Assembly: GCA_945890715.1 (NCBI GenBank)
Contig: CAMDCX010000002.1
Location: 11,869-75,868 of the forward strand
Direction: 5' to 3'
Length of the DNA stretch: 64,000 nucleotides
Source: PVC group bacterium
GTDB lineage: Bacteria > Verrucomicrobiota > Kiritimatiellia > CAIKKV01 > CAITUY01
A program made the position numbers and the translations under genes. Of the stretch, positions 62,941 through 64,000 are shown in pieces. The notes below the pieces were generated by a model that was not told the DNA's origin, did not search any database, and worked only from the letters and a program-made list of their open reading frames with translations. How positions within the stretch are numbered: position 1 is the stretch's first letter; every line of letters begins with the position of its first letter.

Positions 62941-63126
62941 CTGCTGTGGCCGTTCCGGCTGAAGATCCTCTTGCCGAATGTCCAGCTCTCCAGTCATCTC
63001 GCCGGTGCGCACGGCGACGAGGTGGTCCGCATGGCCGACACCATGATCGAGGAATTCCGCCGCTGGCAGGAAGGCGAGCCCCTGCGTTACGCCATGAGCC
63101 TCGACATGCTCGACCGCATGGCGTGA
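62941..63126 (+). pseudogene. Coding-like orphan fragment (possible gene remnant or 31-aa small ORF)
   Basis: Frame 1 reads ...HLAGAHGDEVVRMADTMIEEFRRWQEGEPLRYAMSLDMLDRMA* with no long ORF or plausible full-length start. GAGG lies 9 nt before the internal ATG. Confidence 0.2.
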
Positions 63127-63191
63127 GGGCAGGGTGATAGATCATTGTCAATCAGGGCTTGGTGATGTAGACCACAATGCCATCCAGGAGC

Positions 63192-64000
63192 CTACATCGA
63201 CTGTTGCCGGATCCAAACTGCAAGGAAGGGATCACAAAAGCGGTAGGTGGTATCAACTTTTTGGACTAATCGGCGATCCACCAGCGCGACCATGGCTTTG
63301 CGCACGGAGGGCGCAAGTGTAATTCCCGTGGTTTCAATGAAGTTAGCCGACAAGGTTGATTCTCCGCCGGCATGGGCAAGGGCTCGCAACACCTTTGTCT
63401 GGTGCGGACTCAGTGAGGGCAACAGCAACTCATAGGAATCTTTCTGCATGGCGAATAGCATGCCCCATGCGGCTGCAATGTCCTTGTCGCCAATCTCCTG
63501 GCCATGAGATGTAACCTGCCACAGGCTGATGCAAAAACGTTGGACGTGCCCGGGATTCTCATGACATGCATTTAGAATTATGTCCAAAATACGATCTGGA
63601 ATATGGCGTTTGCCGCTCTGGAACCGCTGATAAAGAAAATCGCCAAAAAGCTTTCTGTCCAGTGGGCCGACAAAGAGGCGGACGGCGGAGTTAAAGAAGG
63701 GCGATTGTTCATGGGTGAAGATTTCCTCCATGCGGTTCCGAATGCTGCCGCAAAACACAAAGGATGTGTTTTGCTGCTGTTGGATTAAGCTGCGTAACTT
63801 GGCAATAATCCGCGAAGCGTCACTTAACTCCAGAATGTCCTGAAACTCATCCAGGATCACAACCGCATTACGCCATTGTTCGGATAACGCAAAAAGATCA
63901 TCCAAGGAGTCCAATTGGTTTCCGGTGCCCGGCGCAAACGTAACTGAGGGTGAGCCCGTGAGACTGTCCACAGAGATCTGGGGTCGCAAGGAGGCTAGTC
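63192..64000 (-). CDS. AAA-type ATPase with C-terminal winged-helix (Arch_ATPase/DUF234-like), 5'-partial (N-terminus beyond window)
   Basis: Walker B-like VVILDEFQDI. Sensor-like FVFCGS. C-terminal wHTH-like LSPHQTKVLRALAHAGGEST...VDRRLVQKVDTTYRFCDPFL. The frame stays open to the window edge. Confidence 0.6.
   Translation of the reverse strand, partial: LASLRPQISVDSLTGSPSVTFAPGTGNQLDSLDDLFALSEQWRNAVVILDEFQDILELSDASRIIAKLRSLIQQQQNTSFVFCGSIRNRMEEIFTHEQSPFFNSAVRLFVGPLDRKLFGDFLYQRFQSGKRHIPDRILDIILNACHENPGHVQRFCISLWQVTSHGQEIGDKDIAAAWGMLFAMQKDSYELLLPSLSPHQTKVLRALAHAGGESTLSANFIETTGITLAPSVRKAMVALVDRRLVQKVDTTYRFCDPFLAVWIRQQSM

Noticed and set aside
62807-63151. 114-aa minus-strand ORF (and the 63-aa plus ORF at 62946-63137) in the gap after the 434-aa gene
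   Set aside because: The translations are Arg/Pro/Gly-rich and low in complexity. A different plus frame gives the only protein-like translation, so neither ORF is called as a gene.

Overview
64-kb chromosomal window from a moderately GC-rich diderm bacterium. Giant TSP3/LamG surface proteins, a eukaryote-type hexokinase, a GT3 glycogen synthase and many 4-nt gene overlaps are reminiscent of the PVC group; that assignment is inference only. Layout: (1) nt 1-14.9 kb is an accessory RHS/YD polymorphic-toxin locus of four tightly coupled genes. These are a 5'-truncated YD-shell protein; a 3,237-aa protein (signal anchor, four tandem TSP3 + beta-sandwich modules, LamG, YD shell, RHS core ending in DPYGL, and a 724-aa C-terminal payload ending in a GxSxG alpha/beta-hydrolase); a small lipoprotein that is a candidate immunity protein; and a glycine-rich secreted protein. 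(2) 14.9-22 kb is housekeeping: SAM methyltransferase, pyrE, ilvC, SDR epimerase, GT4, GT3 glycogen synthase. (3) 22.1-33.2 kb is a dcw cluster, mraZ-rsmH-ftsL-ftsI-murE-murF-mraY-murD-ftsW. murD runs in frame into a LysM lipoprotein module, and the cluster stops after ftsW. (4) lon, an octaheme cytochrome c-HEAT-TPR protein, and serA. (5) A ~300-bp nested palindromic element fills the serA/RACo-like convergent gap. (6) A CsgG-like lipoprotein is translationally coupled to a ferredoxin-ASKHA (RACo-like) protein. (7) Hexokinase, an inverse autotransporter with a beta-helix passenger, dinB, ispG, rseP. (8) ECF sigma factor, VapBC with a perfect palindromic operator, and a Cus-type metal efflux operon preceded by two small Cys-containing proteins. 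(9) An AraC/FucP-family/unknown-protein locus containing a (TAATCN)x10 microsatellite. (10) A coding-like orphan fragment and a 5'-partial AAA ATPase-wHTH gene at the right edge. I recognised no rRNA, tRNA, CRISPR array, transposase or integrase. All functional calls rest on motif recognition by eye in the supplied translations; no searches were run.
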